Part shown: positions 41,090 to 53,929 of the stretch, one piece after another
Layout of the letters: each line of letters starts with the position of its first letter
How positions within the stretch are numbered: position 1 is the stretch's first letter
From: Octopus vulgaris
Lineage: Eukaryota
NCBI GenBank assembly: GCA_951406725.2
Contig: OX597821.1
Location: 87,916,001-87,980,000 of the forward strand
Direction: 5' to 3'
Length of the DNA stretch: 64,000 nucleotides
The notes under the pieces: generated by a model
Told to the model about the DNA's origin: nothing
Database searches by the model: none
The model's input: the letters and a program-made list of their open reading frames with translations, nothing else
Position numbers and translations under genes: made by a program

Positions 41090-42540
41090 ACTAAGTTTAC
41101 GTGGCTTCTTCATGGCTGTCCTTTTAGCTAGCCTCACACAGTTTTAGCGTGCATCCTAGATGACATTCCAATCTCCAGCTAACACTAAAGAAAGAGCGAC
41201 GTTTCTGGAAAATGTCTCTAGAGGCTTTAGTAAATCGGACAACCTCACGCCTGTTGAAGCCTAGGAAGTTACCAGCAGTAGTTATGGCAATCGCTGCTGG
41301 TCACATCCAGCACCAGTGATTTACCAGTGCTCGTATTGCGGTATCTGCGACTTTCCGAAATAACATAACGACTCCACCCCACGTTTCTTTCCGAGCTGCA
41401 TTTGTTGTTATTACGTATGCTGTTTTTACTGCCGCCATCTTCGCAGCTGCTGCTGCTGCCGCTGCTGTTGCTGTTGAGCGAAGCGGTCTCCGTCCCAAAG
41501 CTCGCAAGATGGGAGAAGTCCGAAACGTGGTGCTTTGCTATTCGTAAGAACCGCAGAAGAGAGAGCAGGTCAACTCCCCCCGACACCATCGACGGATGGA
41601 TGAAAGCGCATCCAGGCTCAGCGGCTGCGTAGGAAGTCGGGGAGTTGCTGCTGCTGCTTATGATGATTTTACTAATGAAGTTGTTGAGGTTGGTTCATTT
41701 ACTCTTTTACTCTTTTACTTGTTTCAGTCATTTGACTGCGGCCATGCTGGAGCACCGCCTTTAATCGAGCAACTCGACCCCAGGACTTATTCTTTTGTAA
41801 GCCCAGTACTTATTCTATCGGTCTCTTTTGCCGAACCGCTAAGTAACGGGGACATAAACACACCAGCATCGGTTGTCAAGCAATGTTAGGGGGACAAACA
41901 CAGACACACAAACACTCACACGCATATATATATACATATACACGACGGGCTTCTTTCAGTTTCCGTCTACCAAATCCACTCACAAGGCTTTGGTCGGCCC
42001 GAGGCTATAGTAGAGACACTTGCCCAAGATGCCACGCAGTGGGACTGAACCCGGAACCATGTGGTTGGTAGACAAGCTACTTACCACACAGCCACTCCTG
42101 CGCCTTATTGTTCTTATTCTTATGAGGTCATGGCGTTGGCAGCATTGGGGGCTTCCTCACATAAATCGTCTTCCGTGGGTAGAAAACTCTTAATAGTTGG
42201 TCGCTCCACAAATACAACACCTTGGATTTGTTCCCTCTAACACTGCTATCAATCCAATACCATTTGGCTGTTCGATTAGGTCGAGGATGGCTTTCGTTTT
42301 CTTTTCATTCAATTCTATTATTAGCTCTATGCTTTATAACCGAACAGTTTTCTTGTCGCTTCCGGTGTATTTCCATGATCGTCCCTCTCTCGTCATGGGG
42401 CAAAACCGCCACTGCCAGCCACACAGATGTTTATTCCTCATGTCATATTTACTATCCTCGTTTGCTCATGTATAATGGGATGAGGATAAACTAATATTTA
42501 ACGGGGTTCTGGAGTGTTTCCTCGCTTCTAATTCAGATCC
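41090..42540 (-). pseudogene. L1/Tx1-like LINE remnant (ORF1 zinc knuckle and ORF2 AP endonuclease)
   Basis: ILDLIEQPNGIGLIAVLEGTNPRCCICGATNY (CCHC-like, about 42190-42300); GGVVMLFRK...GKSLVLDV...LVLAGDWNVI*D (APE GDxN motif near 41165). Confidence 0.7.
41698..42104 (-). mobile_element. SINE family B, full length, inserted in the LINE remnant
   Basis: Complete family B copy. Confidence 0.92.
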
Positions 42541-42987
42541 TAATCTGATATCTCTTGCACTGTATTCTCTGACAAAAGTCTTGTTTCTACACGGGTTGCA
42601 GACACGCGTGCGTTGGGGTTGGTCTTACAAACCGCAGTGTGTGTGTGTGTGTGTGTGTGTATGTATATACCTACGTATCTACATACACACACACGCGCAC
42701 ACTCTCTATCACACATACACACATTCACATGTATATTTGCATATTCAACATTTTTGTAAAGAATATTTCATCCCGTCACAATAATTGAAGAAAGATTCTC
42801 TTTTAAATTATTAACTATTAAAAAACCCAGAGAAATTTGGAAAAGAGAAGGATACGAACGTTTTAGAATGAAGTTTTCGACAGACTCCATTCTGAAAGGT
42901 TCGTGTTAAACTATTTTATTAAATTTTTCTTTTGAAATCGTTACTCACTTTTTACATGTATGTATACATGCATATGTCTGCATATGC

Positions 42988-43018
<31 letters not shown>

Positions 43019-43028
43019 TGTATGTATG

Positions 43029-43059
<31 letters not shown>

Positions 43060-44165
43060 GTGTGTGTGTGTGTATGTATGTATGTATGTATGTATATATA
43101 TATACATATATTTATATGCATGCATAATTTATATGCATATATATATATATATATTTAAAAATACAAAGTGTATAAAATGTGTTTATACACAAAGACTCTT
43201 TATATGCTAGAAAGGGCAGTTAAAACCCAACCCACGAAAAAAAAAAAGAATTCATGAGGCACGCTGCAATAAAAATATTTTATACGTTTTATATCTTTAA
43301 CAATATGTTGTCTTATGGCTTTTATTTATGCATGCTAACCCCTGGTAATAAATTATTTTGATTTTCTTACCCTCATATTTACGATAGTAATATTTGTAAT
43401 TCTGAAGCTAATTAGGACACAGTTTTAAATTTGTTTCTTTACTGCTGGACTATATGCTTACGCTTGCGCACTAAGTTCGAATCCATAATGGATGAATATA
43501 TAGCTGCCTTGAACACGTGTTTTCAGTACATATGTGCAACTGCATAATTATGCATTAATTAGCGATCTCACCGACGATCTACAGATTCCAAATTACTTTA
43601 TTGGGCAATTAATAGAGAAACTCAAGTTCGGGATTAACCATTTCTTTTTTTTGTTCGTTTTGGTGTTATATCAGCATGCCTCATGAAGAAGTCCCTAATT
43701 TGCATACCATAAGTATTTAACACTCTATAAATATCAGCGGCCTGTCAACGGGGTTCTTAGTCCTCACAGTATCAAGGTATGATATAATATATATGTAACT
43801 TGTGGTATAATTATAAACGGGGCAAATTTTAGCCATTTCTCCACAGACTGTAAAAATGATGAACAACCTTAATCGATCTTCGAACCTTATTGGGTTTTCA
43901 TCAGAGGCGTCTATATATATTAATTTGCCATCCGTATTTCATCAGTGAGATCGCTAAAACTATAAAAATATATACTAATATAGGATAAAATGCTTTTCAG
44001 AAAAATATTCATAAAAAATGGCAGTATATTAAAATATCTCTAAAGGTTAAGAATCCATAGGATTAATCCCGAAACTGATTCAATATAGAAATAAAGAACT
44101 TTAAAAAAAAAAAATTGTGTTAGCTAGCTTTCCTCAATTTCTGCACAACGTGTATTTATAGTGAA

Positions 44166-44541
44166 CTAGCAGTATCACCCGGCGTTGCTCGGGTTTGTAA
44201 GGGAAATAACTATAAAGCATTTTTAGAGAGTTATAGCCCAAAAAATGGAAAAAATATGATGGTAAATTTTTTTTTGAGAGTTAAAAAAGGTCGAGTTGCG
44301 TCCCCTAGACAGTCTGTGGTTTGTGTTTCTGATTCTCGACCCCATGTCGAATTTATCGATTTTTTTCAGAACTGGGGGAACTTTTCAAAATTTTCGCTGC
44401 GTTAGTTTTGAATTATGACATTGGGCTATGTGTGTGTCAAGTTTCATCAGAATCGGTTGAAAGCCGTGGTCAGGGTGAGGGTACAACCTGACAGACACAC
44501 AGAAACACACACAGACAAACTGCCGTTTATATATAGAGAGA
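44166..44541 (-). mobile_element. Non-autonomous Helitron
   Basis: Minus strand A|TCTCTCTATATATAAACGGCAG...CCCGAGCAACGCCGGG-TGATACTGCTAG|T: 5' TC, hairpin, 3' CTAG, A|T site. Confidence 0.85.
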
Positions 44542-44629
44542 TGTATAATGAAATGTGGAAATTGACGATATAAAATTGTTATCAGCATATTGGCATAGAA
44601 ATAATTTTTCTTTTGCCCTTGTTTATAAG

Positions 44630-44697
<68 letters not shown>

Positions 44698-44933
44698 ACG
44701 TAAAAAAAAATACAAACTGGGACAAGAACGCAAAACATTCAGAAGATGATACAAAAAACACGGACGGAAGCCCCCAATCCCCAGTCAAGAACCGGACCAT
44801 CCCCGCAACCTCGGCCGACCAATCCTGAGATTGCTCCGACTTGGCCAGCCCCAAAGGAAAATCTAAGCCAAGCGCATTAGATTCTTTAGAAGAAAGCCTC
44901 GAATGTATACAAAACAAGGACGGGAACGAACAC
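44698..44933. repeat. Probable interspersed repeat fragment between TA runs
   Basis: Discrete GC-richer block in (TA)n; resembles an octopus repeat from recollection only. Confidence 0.45.
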
Positions 44934-45099
44934 ATATATATATGCATGTATATACACATACATACATACACACACGAGCGCACACGCGGACACAAATACT
45001 GGGCTTTTCTCCATGGTTCTTAATTACACTTACGTTACGTTCGCTTACTCGTAAATATCTTTTGAAGTCCTACTGATGTTATGTTGTACTAGTGATGTA

Positions 45100-46110
45100 T
45101 TTTTTTCTCTTTTCATTTGATCCCATCCTCTTTCTGTCTGGGTAGATATATTCCTATCAATACCAGCTTCAAGGCCTGGTGACTTGGGAATGCTACTTTT
45201 ACTTTCCTGGTTCTCCTATTTAAGCGCCTCAATTCACTTAACTTACAGTTTATAATACGAAAACTATACTTTATACTTACAATGGTGGCTTATTTATACT
45301 TACTATCATATTTCTAGTTCTGCGGTTAACTTTTAATATTAGTCTGACTTCTTTTGAAGAAATCTTCTCTAGTTTTCTTCATTTCTGTACGTTATCAGTT
45401 TTATCTGCGCCTAAGTATTTGCATGGATGGTTCAGATCTCATTTCCTTGATTTTAGAGTTTTCATCTAATTTAATGTTTTCAGCTTTAGTAAATTTGCCT
45501 CTCCTTTTAGTTTAATCCCATATCTATTTCTGTCGTGATTAAATTTCTGAGAAGATTTTATTAATTTTTTTGTTTTAATGTATATTATCCCTTGTAAAAA
45601 ATTTCAAATAAATTATGGAGATAATATAGTTTATATTTTGTCTCTGAGTTTCCATTAGTTGCACTCTATAAGTGTGTTAATGGTCTCAGAACCAGGCAAA
45701 GGTATACGGCAGAGGCAATGAGATTCATTAGAATATCCCTCATATGTATTTGGAGTGAAGACGCATGGCTCAGTGGTTGGTGGCGTGGAGAGGGTGGCTG
45801 GTATGCATGGGTGATTGCTGGTTTCCATGTACAACCTTGCTCAGACTTGTGTCACGAAGGGAAACTTTCTAGCTGCAATCCCATAATCATTCATGACCGA
45901 AGTGGGGTCTTTACTTTTATATGTATTTGGATAGTTTCAATTATTTTTTATTTGGTTTCAAATGATATTGTTGCTTTCAAAAATGAAACATATCCTGGCT
46001 TATGTATTTTAGATTTTGCTAGCAATTGAACTGTTCCCTACATGCAGAGTAAATACAGTATCCAGCAATGAGTAATGTTTCAACATGCTTTTCGGCAATC
46101 ACTGTAGGCC
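45100..46110 (-). pseudogene. R4/Dong-like (RLE-type) LINE RT remnant
   Basis: SDCRKAC*NITHCWIL (DYxKAFDSVPHxWI), GIF, ELRRLNRRTRK, IYLPRQKRG (RLYLPRxxGGRGL). Confidence 0.65.
45755..45918 (+). mobile_element. Internally deleted SINE (family F) with TSD
   Basis: A box TGGCTCAGTGG; 13-bp TSD ATATGTATTTGGA (45742-45754 / 45919-45931). Confidence 0.75.
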
Positions 46111-46111
46111 A

Positions 46112-46525
46112 CTCTCTCTTTTACACTTTTACTTGTTTCAGTCATTTGACTGCGGCCATGTTGGAGCACCGCCTTTAGTCGAGCAAATCGACCCCGGGAC
46201 TTATTCTTTGTAAGCACAGTACTTATTCTATCGGTACTTATTCATCGGTTGTCAAGCAATGCTAGGGGGACAAACACAGACACACAAACACATACACACA
46301 TACATATATATATATACATATATACGACAGGCTTCTTTCAGTTTCCGTCTACCAAATCCACTCACAAGGCATTGGTCGGCCCGGGGCTATAGCAGAAGAC
46401 ACTTGCCCAAGATGCCACGCAGTGGGACCGAACCCGGAACCATGTGGCTGGTTAGCAAGCTACTTACCACACAGCCACTCCTGCGCCTACAGTCACTCCT
46501 GCGCCTACAGCCACTCCTGCGCCTA
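46112..46525 (-). mobile_element. SINE family B with triplicated 5' 18-mer
   Basis: CAGCCACTCCTGCGCCTA x3 at 46472-46525. Confidence 0.9.
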
Positions 46526-46695
46526 CGTTTTTAAGATAGAAGGCGCCATCTTTGGAATGTAGATAAGGAAAACAATGTCATATTTTAAACACGAGAAAAC
46601 TCTTGCATATTTTTATTGTTCCGCTAACAGAATGTGCGAATCAGTTGATTTCTTTTTCTGAAAATCCAAGCTTATCCAGACTGACAGTTTACTTA

Positions 46696-46919
46696 CATGT
46701 ATGTATGTATGTATGTATGTATGTATGTATGTATGTATGTATGTATGTATGTATGTACGTATTTATGCATGCATGTATGTATGTATGTATGTATGTATTT
46801 GTGTATGTATGTATGTATGTATGTATGTATGTATGTATGTATGTATGTATGTATGTATGTACGTATGAATGTATGTACGTATGTATGCATGCATGTATGC
46901 ATGTATGAATGTATGTATG

Positions 46920-46950
<31 letters not shown>

Positions 46951-47925
46951 TGTATGTATGTATGTATGTATGTATGTATGCATGTATGTATGTATGTATA
47001 TATTTATAAATGTATGCATGTATGCATGCATGTATGTATGTATGTATGTATGTATGCATGCATGCATGTATGTATGTATATATGTATGTATGTATGTATA
47101 TATGTATGTATGCAAGCATGCATGTATGTATGTATGTATGTATGCATGCATGCATGTATGTATGTATGTATGTAATGTATGTACGTATGTACGTATGTAT
47201 GTATGTATGTAATGTAATGTATGTATGTGTGTATGCATGTATGCATGCATGTATGTATGTATGTATGTATGTATGTATGTATGCATGCATACATGTATGT
47301 ATGTATATATTTATGAATGTATGCATGTATGTATGTATGTATGTATGTATGTATGAATGTATGTACGTATGTATGCAAGCATGTATGCATGTATGAATGT
47401 ATGTATGTACGATGTATGCATGTATGTATGTATGTATGTATGTATGTATGTATGTATGTATGTATGTATGTATGTATGCATGCATGCATGTATGTATGTA
47501 TGAATATATTTATGAATGTATGCATGTATGTATGCATGCATGTTTGTATGTATGCGTGTATGTAATGTATGTATGTTTGTATGTATGTATGTATGTATGT
47601 ATGTATGTATGCATGCATGCATGTTTGTATGTATGTATGTATGTATCTATGTATGTTTGTATGTATGTATGTTTTTATGTATCTATGTATGTACGTATGC
47701 ATGCATGTATGTATGTATGTATGTATGTATGTATGTATGCATGCATGTATGTATGTATACATGCATGTATGTATGTATGTATGCATGCATGTATGTATGT
47801 ATGTATGCATGTATGTATGTTTGTACGTATGTATGTATGTATGTTTGTACGTATGTATGTATGTATGCATGCATGTATGTATGCATGCATGTATGTATGT
47901 ATGTATGTATGTATGCATGCATGTA
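46696..47925. repeat. 1.2-kb (TATG/CATG)n tract
   Basis: Direct inspection. Confidence 0.97.
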
Positions 47926-48129
47926 TCAATTCAGTTAGTGTATGACGTCATGAGCGAGAAGTCAATAGTCTGCCGAATGATGGCAAGTTCAGCAAACCAA
48001 TTTTTTTATATACCTGAAGAGTCGGCATTTTCCTGTATCACTTAAAATATTGTTACGATGTGTTGCTTACTATATTATATATTAATATTCCAACAATTCT
48101 GGTAACGAGTTAATGAAACAGTAGTAATA

Positions 48130-48233
48130 TCTCTATATATATATAAACGGCAAAATGTCTGTGTGTGTGTCCTTTATACAAATCCACAAGTTTTCAGTTA
48201 GAGGGCTCGCACGTTGCCGGGTCATAGTGCTAG
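48130..48233 (+). mobile_element. 104-bp mini-Helitron
   Basis: A|TCTCTATATATATATAAACGGCAAAATGTCTG...GCCGGGTCATAGTGCTAG|T; both ends resemble 44166-44541. Confidence 0.7.
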
Positions 48234-48919
48234 TTATGGAATAAATCGTGTTGTTGAGCACATTCTTCTTTCAACAGATAAAGAGATAGAGGGGAAAAAG
48301 AGTGAAAGAAAGAGAGTGAGAGAGAAGTAGGGATGAATGTGATAGGTGAGAAAATAGCACATGTTCAGTAAACAAGCGTGACACGGTTTCGATCCCACAC
48401 AGAATTCTTTTCAGAGTTTGAACTTATATTTATAATTTACAAAATTTGAATATTTTGTAATTTTATATCATACCGACTTTTACGGCTCCATTAAATTTCC
48501 CCCACTTCTTCATAGATGCCGTGAAATTGAAGAAGATATAATTATCACAGCCAGGCACTACTTACCTTACCAATTCTCCCTTTAGTCAATATTGACGATT
48601 TGGTTAATTTCAGTAACAATATGTTGATTAGTTTCAATTAGATGAATATTTTGCCAAAGTTTTGCCAAAATCTGTTTGGACACCACAAATAGACCAGCTG
48701 TTGGAATTCATATGAGAGGAATTTAACAGAACGACGTATAACGAGAGATGGAAAAACAAGATCATTTTTCACGCTGGCTTACCCTAATGTTTCTATAATC
48801 AGATACCTAAGGACGTGTAGGTTATCTTGAATGTAATGAGATGTATTTATTCGCAGGGAAATAATGTATTCTATGGATGGTGTGACAAACTAACGCACGA
48901 GCACGATATACGGAAGGGG

Positions 48920-48981
<62 letters not shown>

Positions 48982-49002
48982 GTATGTATCTATCTCTCTC
49001 TT

Positions 49003-49134
<132 letters not shown>

Positions 49135-50109
49135 CATATATGTATGCATATGTATATGTATATACAAGCATACTCATATATATACATCGCACAAAGACAC
49201 GGACACATGCACACACACACACACACAGAATACATATCTTTAGAAACATTTGCGTGTTCATTGTACACACACACGTATTCATATAGACACACGCATACCC
49301 AGAGTCAGTCAACTGGTGTACAAATAGTCGTGTAGCGAAGAGTGAGTGACATATTCACAGCCCAGAGCTATGCCAAACTGTCTCAATTCTCAGTTGTATA
49401 CAAATTCCCAAAAGCAATTAATTATATTACTCACGATATAAGTAATTAAGCATAGAGTGTTATTTTGTATACTGAGTTATCCCAAATATATAATACACAC
49501 ATATGATATGTAATATGATGGAGACAAGTAGTTTAACCAGATAGACATATGTCCAATGAAGATGGCTCAATGCGGGTGATCATCGTGCTAGAAATAGAAG
49601 CAAAATCTTCGTGAAATCAGAATTCGCAATGTGAAAATGGTACATTAGATAAATGCGTTCTTAAATACGCATAAAAATAATTATAATAATAAAAAAAAAC
49701 CGAAGAAAATATTTTCAAATATGCATTTTATCTTTACCCTGCTCATATGGGACTGACATTAGACGAAAGAACACCGATGATAGAATCAAGAATATTGTTA
49801 AAATATGTGTACTAGTCTATAGGAACTTGACTTAATGATATAAAAGAGAATGTTAGAATACCGAATATTGCGTTATCAGCATTGAAAGATACACTCATTT
49901 AGGCACTTGGTATATGAAAGCATACACATAGATTGTAGCAGACGAAATTTATCTGTTATGGGCACCGGAATTTCTATATCACGTGATTTCATTCTACTGA
50001 AATTTATCAGCGGAAAACTTCTGGTTATCACATGCCAGTCAAATCTGGCTGCCATGCTATATAGAAAATATTAGCATCTTTTCATACGCTGATGTCAAAA
50101 ATAACAAGC

Positions 50110-50490
50110 GGGCTTAATAGAACTAATTATTGGTAAAAGAAGCAGTATTAGTACCAAGAAGTAATCTTTATGTTCAACTTAACAGGGATGTTTTGCTAGG
50201 GCACTAAATATTGCGTTATTAGTCTTGAAAGATCCTCTCAAATAGACGCTTCGTGCATAAAAGAAATATATAGATCATAGACATATAGGAATTCGGGCGA
50301 CGATGACAGACGATTCTCACCTACTGCGATCTGAATGTGTGCTTTTATGCACCAAGCGCTTATGTGAGAGAATCGCTCAAGGCTAATAACGTGGTATTTG
50401 GTGTTCTAATAGGACGTTCATGTTAAGTTGAATATAAAATTATCTTTTGGTATTAATATTCCCTTCCATCGCTAATAATTAATAAAAGCT
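50110..50490. repeat. Old imperfect inverted repeat (fold-back), third arm copy at about 49770-49950
   Basis: TTCAACTTAACA / TGTTAAGTTGAA and GTGCATAAAAG / CTTTTATGCAC pair. Confidence 0.7.
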
Positions 50491-50518
50491 AACCTTTGTT
50501 AGGGAGTTTCTGATTGTA

Positions 50519-51077
50519 TTGGGTTGTCCGGAAAGTTCATGCCGATTTATAGTAGCTTACCTTTCGACTTATTTTAGAACATGGTTGAGTCCATAAAATA
50601 CCATTTGACTACATCTCCATTTAGAGCACAGTTTAATCTATCTTTTGGTCGAAGAAGGTTCCTATAACCTGTGTTAATTCTGTAACCATTTAAAATGGAA
50701 GATAAGAAAATTCATTTTCGGCACTTATGCTTTGGGAACCAGACAAAAATTGCTGCAGCTCGGCTGCGATGTGTTACCCCACCCTCCATATTCACCAGAT
50801 ATTGCTCCTTCTGATTTCCACATATTCAGGTCTCAGCAGAATTGTCTTATTGGTAAAAATTTCAATTCTTTGGATGACATAAAAAGATACCTTGATGAAT
50901 TCTTTGCCATGAAACCACCCAAATTCTGGGAAGAGGGTATTTTCACGTTAAAGGAAAGATGGAGACGCATTGTGCAACAAAATGGTCCATATTTGGTTGA
51001 TTAAAAATGTAATGGCAAGTATTTATTGACCTTTTTCTTACCTTTAAAAATCGGCACGAACTTTTCGGACAACCCAA
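50519..51077 (+). mobile_element. Internally deleted mariner
   Basis: TIRs TTGGGTTGTCCGGAAAGTTC, TA on both sides; MEDKKIHFRHL fused to GTRQKLLQLGCDVLPHPPYSPDIAPSD. Confidence 0.93.
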
Positions 51078-51376
51078 TAAAATGTTAAGCATTAAGCTTC
51101 TAATTTCCATCAGCTAATTGTCCTACATGAAAGAAGAATAGTGGAGTTAACCACCCAGTGTCAAGTCTAAGATCTATCAGCTTACCTGATGATTGTGCGT
51201 TCAATCTATGAGTCCGTGTATATGTATGTACTGCTATTCAATCGGAACGTAGAGACAACATCAATAGTATTAGAATAACTATTACAAGAATATTCATGGC
51301 AGGGATAATCAGACTGCATTGAGTCTATTTGAATAAAAATTTCAGATCACTTTTGAAAATATTATTGAACATAATA

Positions 51377-51788
51377 GGCGCAGGAGTGGCTGTGTGGTAA
51401 GTGGCTTGCTAACCAACCACATGGCTCCGGGTTCAGTCCCACTGCGTGGCACCTTGGGCAAGTGTCTTCTGCTATAGCCCCGGGCCGACCAATGCCTTGT
51501 GAGTGGATTTGGTAGACGGAAACTGAAAGAAGTCTGTCGTATATATGTATATATATATAAGTGTGTGTATATGTTTGTGTGTCTGTGTTTGTCTCCCTAG
51601 CATTGCTTGACAACTGATGCTGGTGTGTTTACGTCCCCGTCACTTAGTGGTTCGGCAAAAGAGACCGATAGAATAAGTACTGGGCTTACAAAGAATAAGT
51701 CCCGGGGTCGATTTGCTCGACTAAAGGCGTTGCTCCAGCATGGCCGCAGTCAAATGACTGAAACAAGTAAAAGAGAGTAAAAGAGTAA
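51377..51788 (+). mobile_element. SINE family B, full length
   Basis: Complete copy. Confidence 0.92.
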
Positions 51789-51995
51789 TAACATCTGAAG
51801 AAGGCTGGAAAGTATAACGGCTAAAACGTTTGATTATATCAGGATGACGACGTTAATCAGTATATAAGAAAAGGAAATGTGATTTTATACATGAAAAGAA
51901 TCCAAAGCGACAAAAGCTGAAATTTCCCAGACACAACAATATAGTCTAGCATAGAAATACACACACATAAATACATACATACACACACACACACA

Positions 51996-52640
51996 CTCTT
52001 TTACTTGTTTCAGTCATTTGACTGCGACCATGCTGGTGCACCGCCTTTAGTCGAGCAAATCGACCCCAGGTCTTATTCTTTGTAAGCCTAGTACTTATTT
52101 TATCGGTTCTTTGCCGAACCGCTAAGTTACGTGGACGTAAACACACCAGCATCGGTTGTCAAGCGATGTTGGGGGGACAAACGCACACATACACACATAT
52201 ATATATACATATATACGACGGGCTTCTTTCAGTTTCCGTCTACCAAATCCATTCACAAGGCTTTGGTCGCTCCGAGGCTATAGTAGAAGACACTTGCCCA
52301 AGGTGCCACGCAGTGGGACTGAACCCGGAACCATGCGGTTGGTAAGCAAATATATTCGACGGGCTTCTTTCAGTTTCCGACAACCAAATCCACTCACAAG
52401 GCTTTGGTCGCTCCGAGGCTTTAGTAGAAGACACTTGCCTAAGGTGCCACGCAGTGGGACTGAACCCGGAACCATGTGGTTGGTAAGCAAATATATTCGA
52501 CGGGCTTCTTTCAGTTTCCGACTACCAAATCCACTTGCAAGGCCTTGATCGGCCCGAGGCTATAGTAGAACACACTTTCTCAAGGTGCCGTGCAGTGGGA
52601 CTGACACCTGAACCATATGGCTGGGAAGCAACCTTCTTAC
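51996..52640 (-). mobile_element. SINE family B with 141-bp head unit in triplicate
   Basis: CGACGGGCTTC restarts at 52216, 52357 and 52498. Confidence 0.9.
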
Positions 52641-52794
52641 TTCATAAATGTATGACAACTGGATTTACATCGCGGGTTAACATTCGTTTTTATAGCTCGA
52701 AAGAGATGAGAGTAACTTTAGTAGTTAATCTGCTGAACAGCATATGAAATGTGCTTCTCTGTGGAGACAATTCAATCTCCACTAATATCTAAAA

Positions 52795-53124
52795 CTTGCG
52801 CTCCTTCGTTTACGACGATGCGTGTTCTAGATGATCTGATCAACGGAACACTTTGCTCGTGAAATTAAGGACCAAGCGAACTAGCATTCCACAGACACTC
52901 TTTACTCTCTCTTTTACTCTTTTACTTGTTTCAGTCATTTGACTGCGGCCATGCTGGAGCACCGCCTTTAGTCGAGCAAATCGACCCCGGGACTTATTCT
53001 TTTGTAAGCCCAGTACTTATTCTATCGGTCTCTTTTGCCGAACCGCTAAGTGACGGGGACGTAAACACACCAGCATCGGTTGTCAAGCAATGTTAGGGGG
53101 ACAAACACAGACACACAAACATAT

Positions 53125-53157
<33 letters not shown>

Positions 53158-53510
53158 CATATATACGACAGGCTTCTTTCAGTTTCCGTCTACCAAATCC
53201 ACTCACAAGGCTTTGGTCGGCCCGAGGCTATAGTAGAAGACACTTGCCTAAGGTGCCACGCAGTGGGACTGAACCTGGAACCATGTGGCTGGTTACGTTT
53301 GACGTAGATCTCAGGGAGATTCATCGTGACACAAGATGAGAAAACGCTGGACCTTTCAAATACAGGTACAACTCATTTTTACCAGTTAAGTGAACTGGAG
53401 CAACGTGAAATAAAGTGTCTTGTTCAAAGACAAAACGCGTCACCGAGAATTGAGCTGACGACCTACGATCGTGAGCCATCTACCCTAACGACTACGCCAC
53501 ACTCCTTCAC
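52795..53510 (-). mobile_element. Degenerate family E SINE interrupted by a family B SINE (52898-53293)
   Basis: The two flanks are colinear with 20204-20531. Confidence 0.8.
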
Positions 53511-53537
53511 CCACATATACCACATATATTTATAACG

Positions 53538-53929
53538 GTGGAGGCGCAATGGCCCAGTGGTTAGGGCAGCGGACTCGCGGTCATAGGATCGCGGTTTCGA
53601 TTCCCAGACCGGGCGTTGTGAATGTTTATTGAGCGAAAACACATAAAGCTCCACGAGGCTCCGGCAGAGGGATGGTGGTGATCCCTGCTGTACTCTCTCA
53701 CCACAACTTTCTCTCACTCTTACTTCCTGTTTCTGTTGTACCTGTATTTCAAAGGGCCGGCCTTGTCACTCTCTGTGTCACGCTGAATATCCCCCGAGAA
53801 CTACGTTAAGGGCACACGTGTCTGTGGAGTGCTCAGCCACTTACACGTTAATTTCACGAGCAGGCTGTTCCGTTGATTCGGATCAACCGGAACCCTCGTC
53901 GTCGTAACCGACGGAGTGCTTCCATATCC
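53538..53929 (+). mobile_element. SINE family A head with family E tail
   Basis: 12-bp TSD ATATTTATAACG (53526-53537 / 53930-53941). Confidence 0.92.

Noticed and set aside
48543-48554. TATCACAGCCAG, identical to the 5' part of miR-2 family matures
   Set aside because: The 3' half diverges and there is no convincing precursor hairpin.
48560-48700. Possible minus-strand exon ending AG|GTAAGT
   Set aside because: All three frames contain stops; no support without RNA data.
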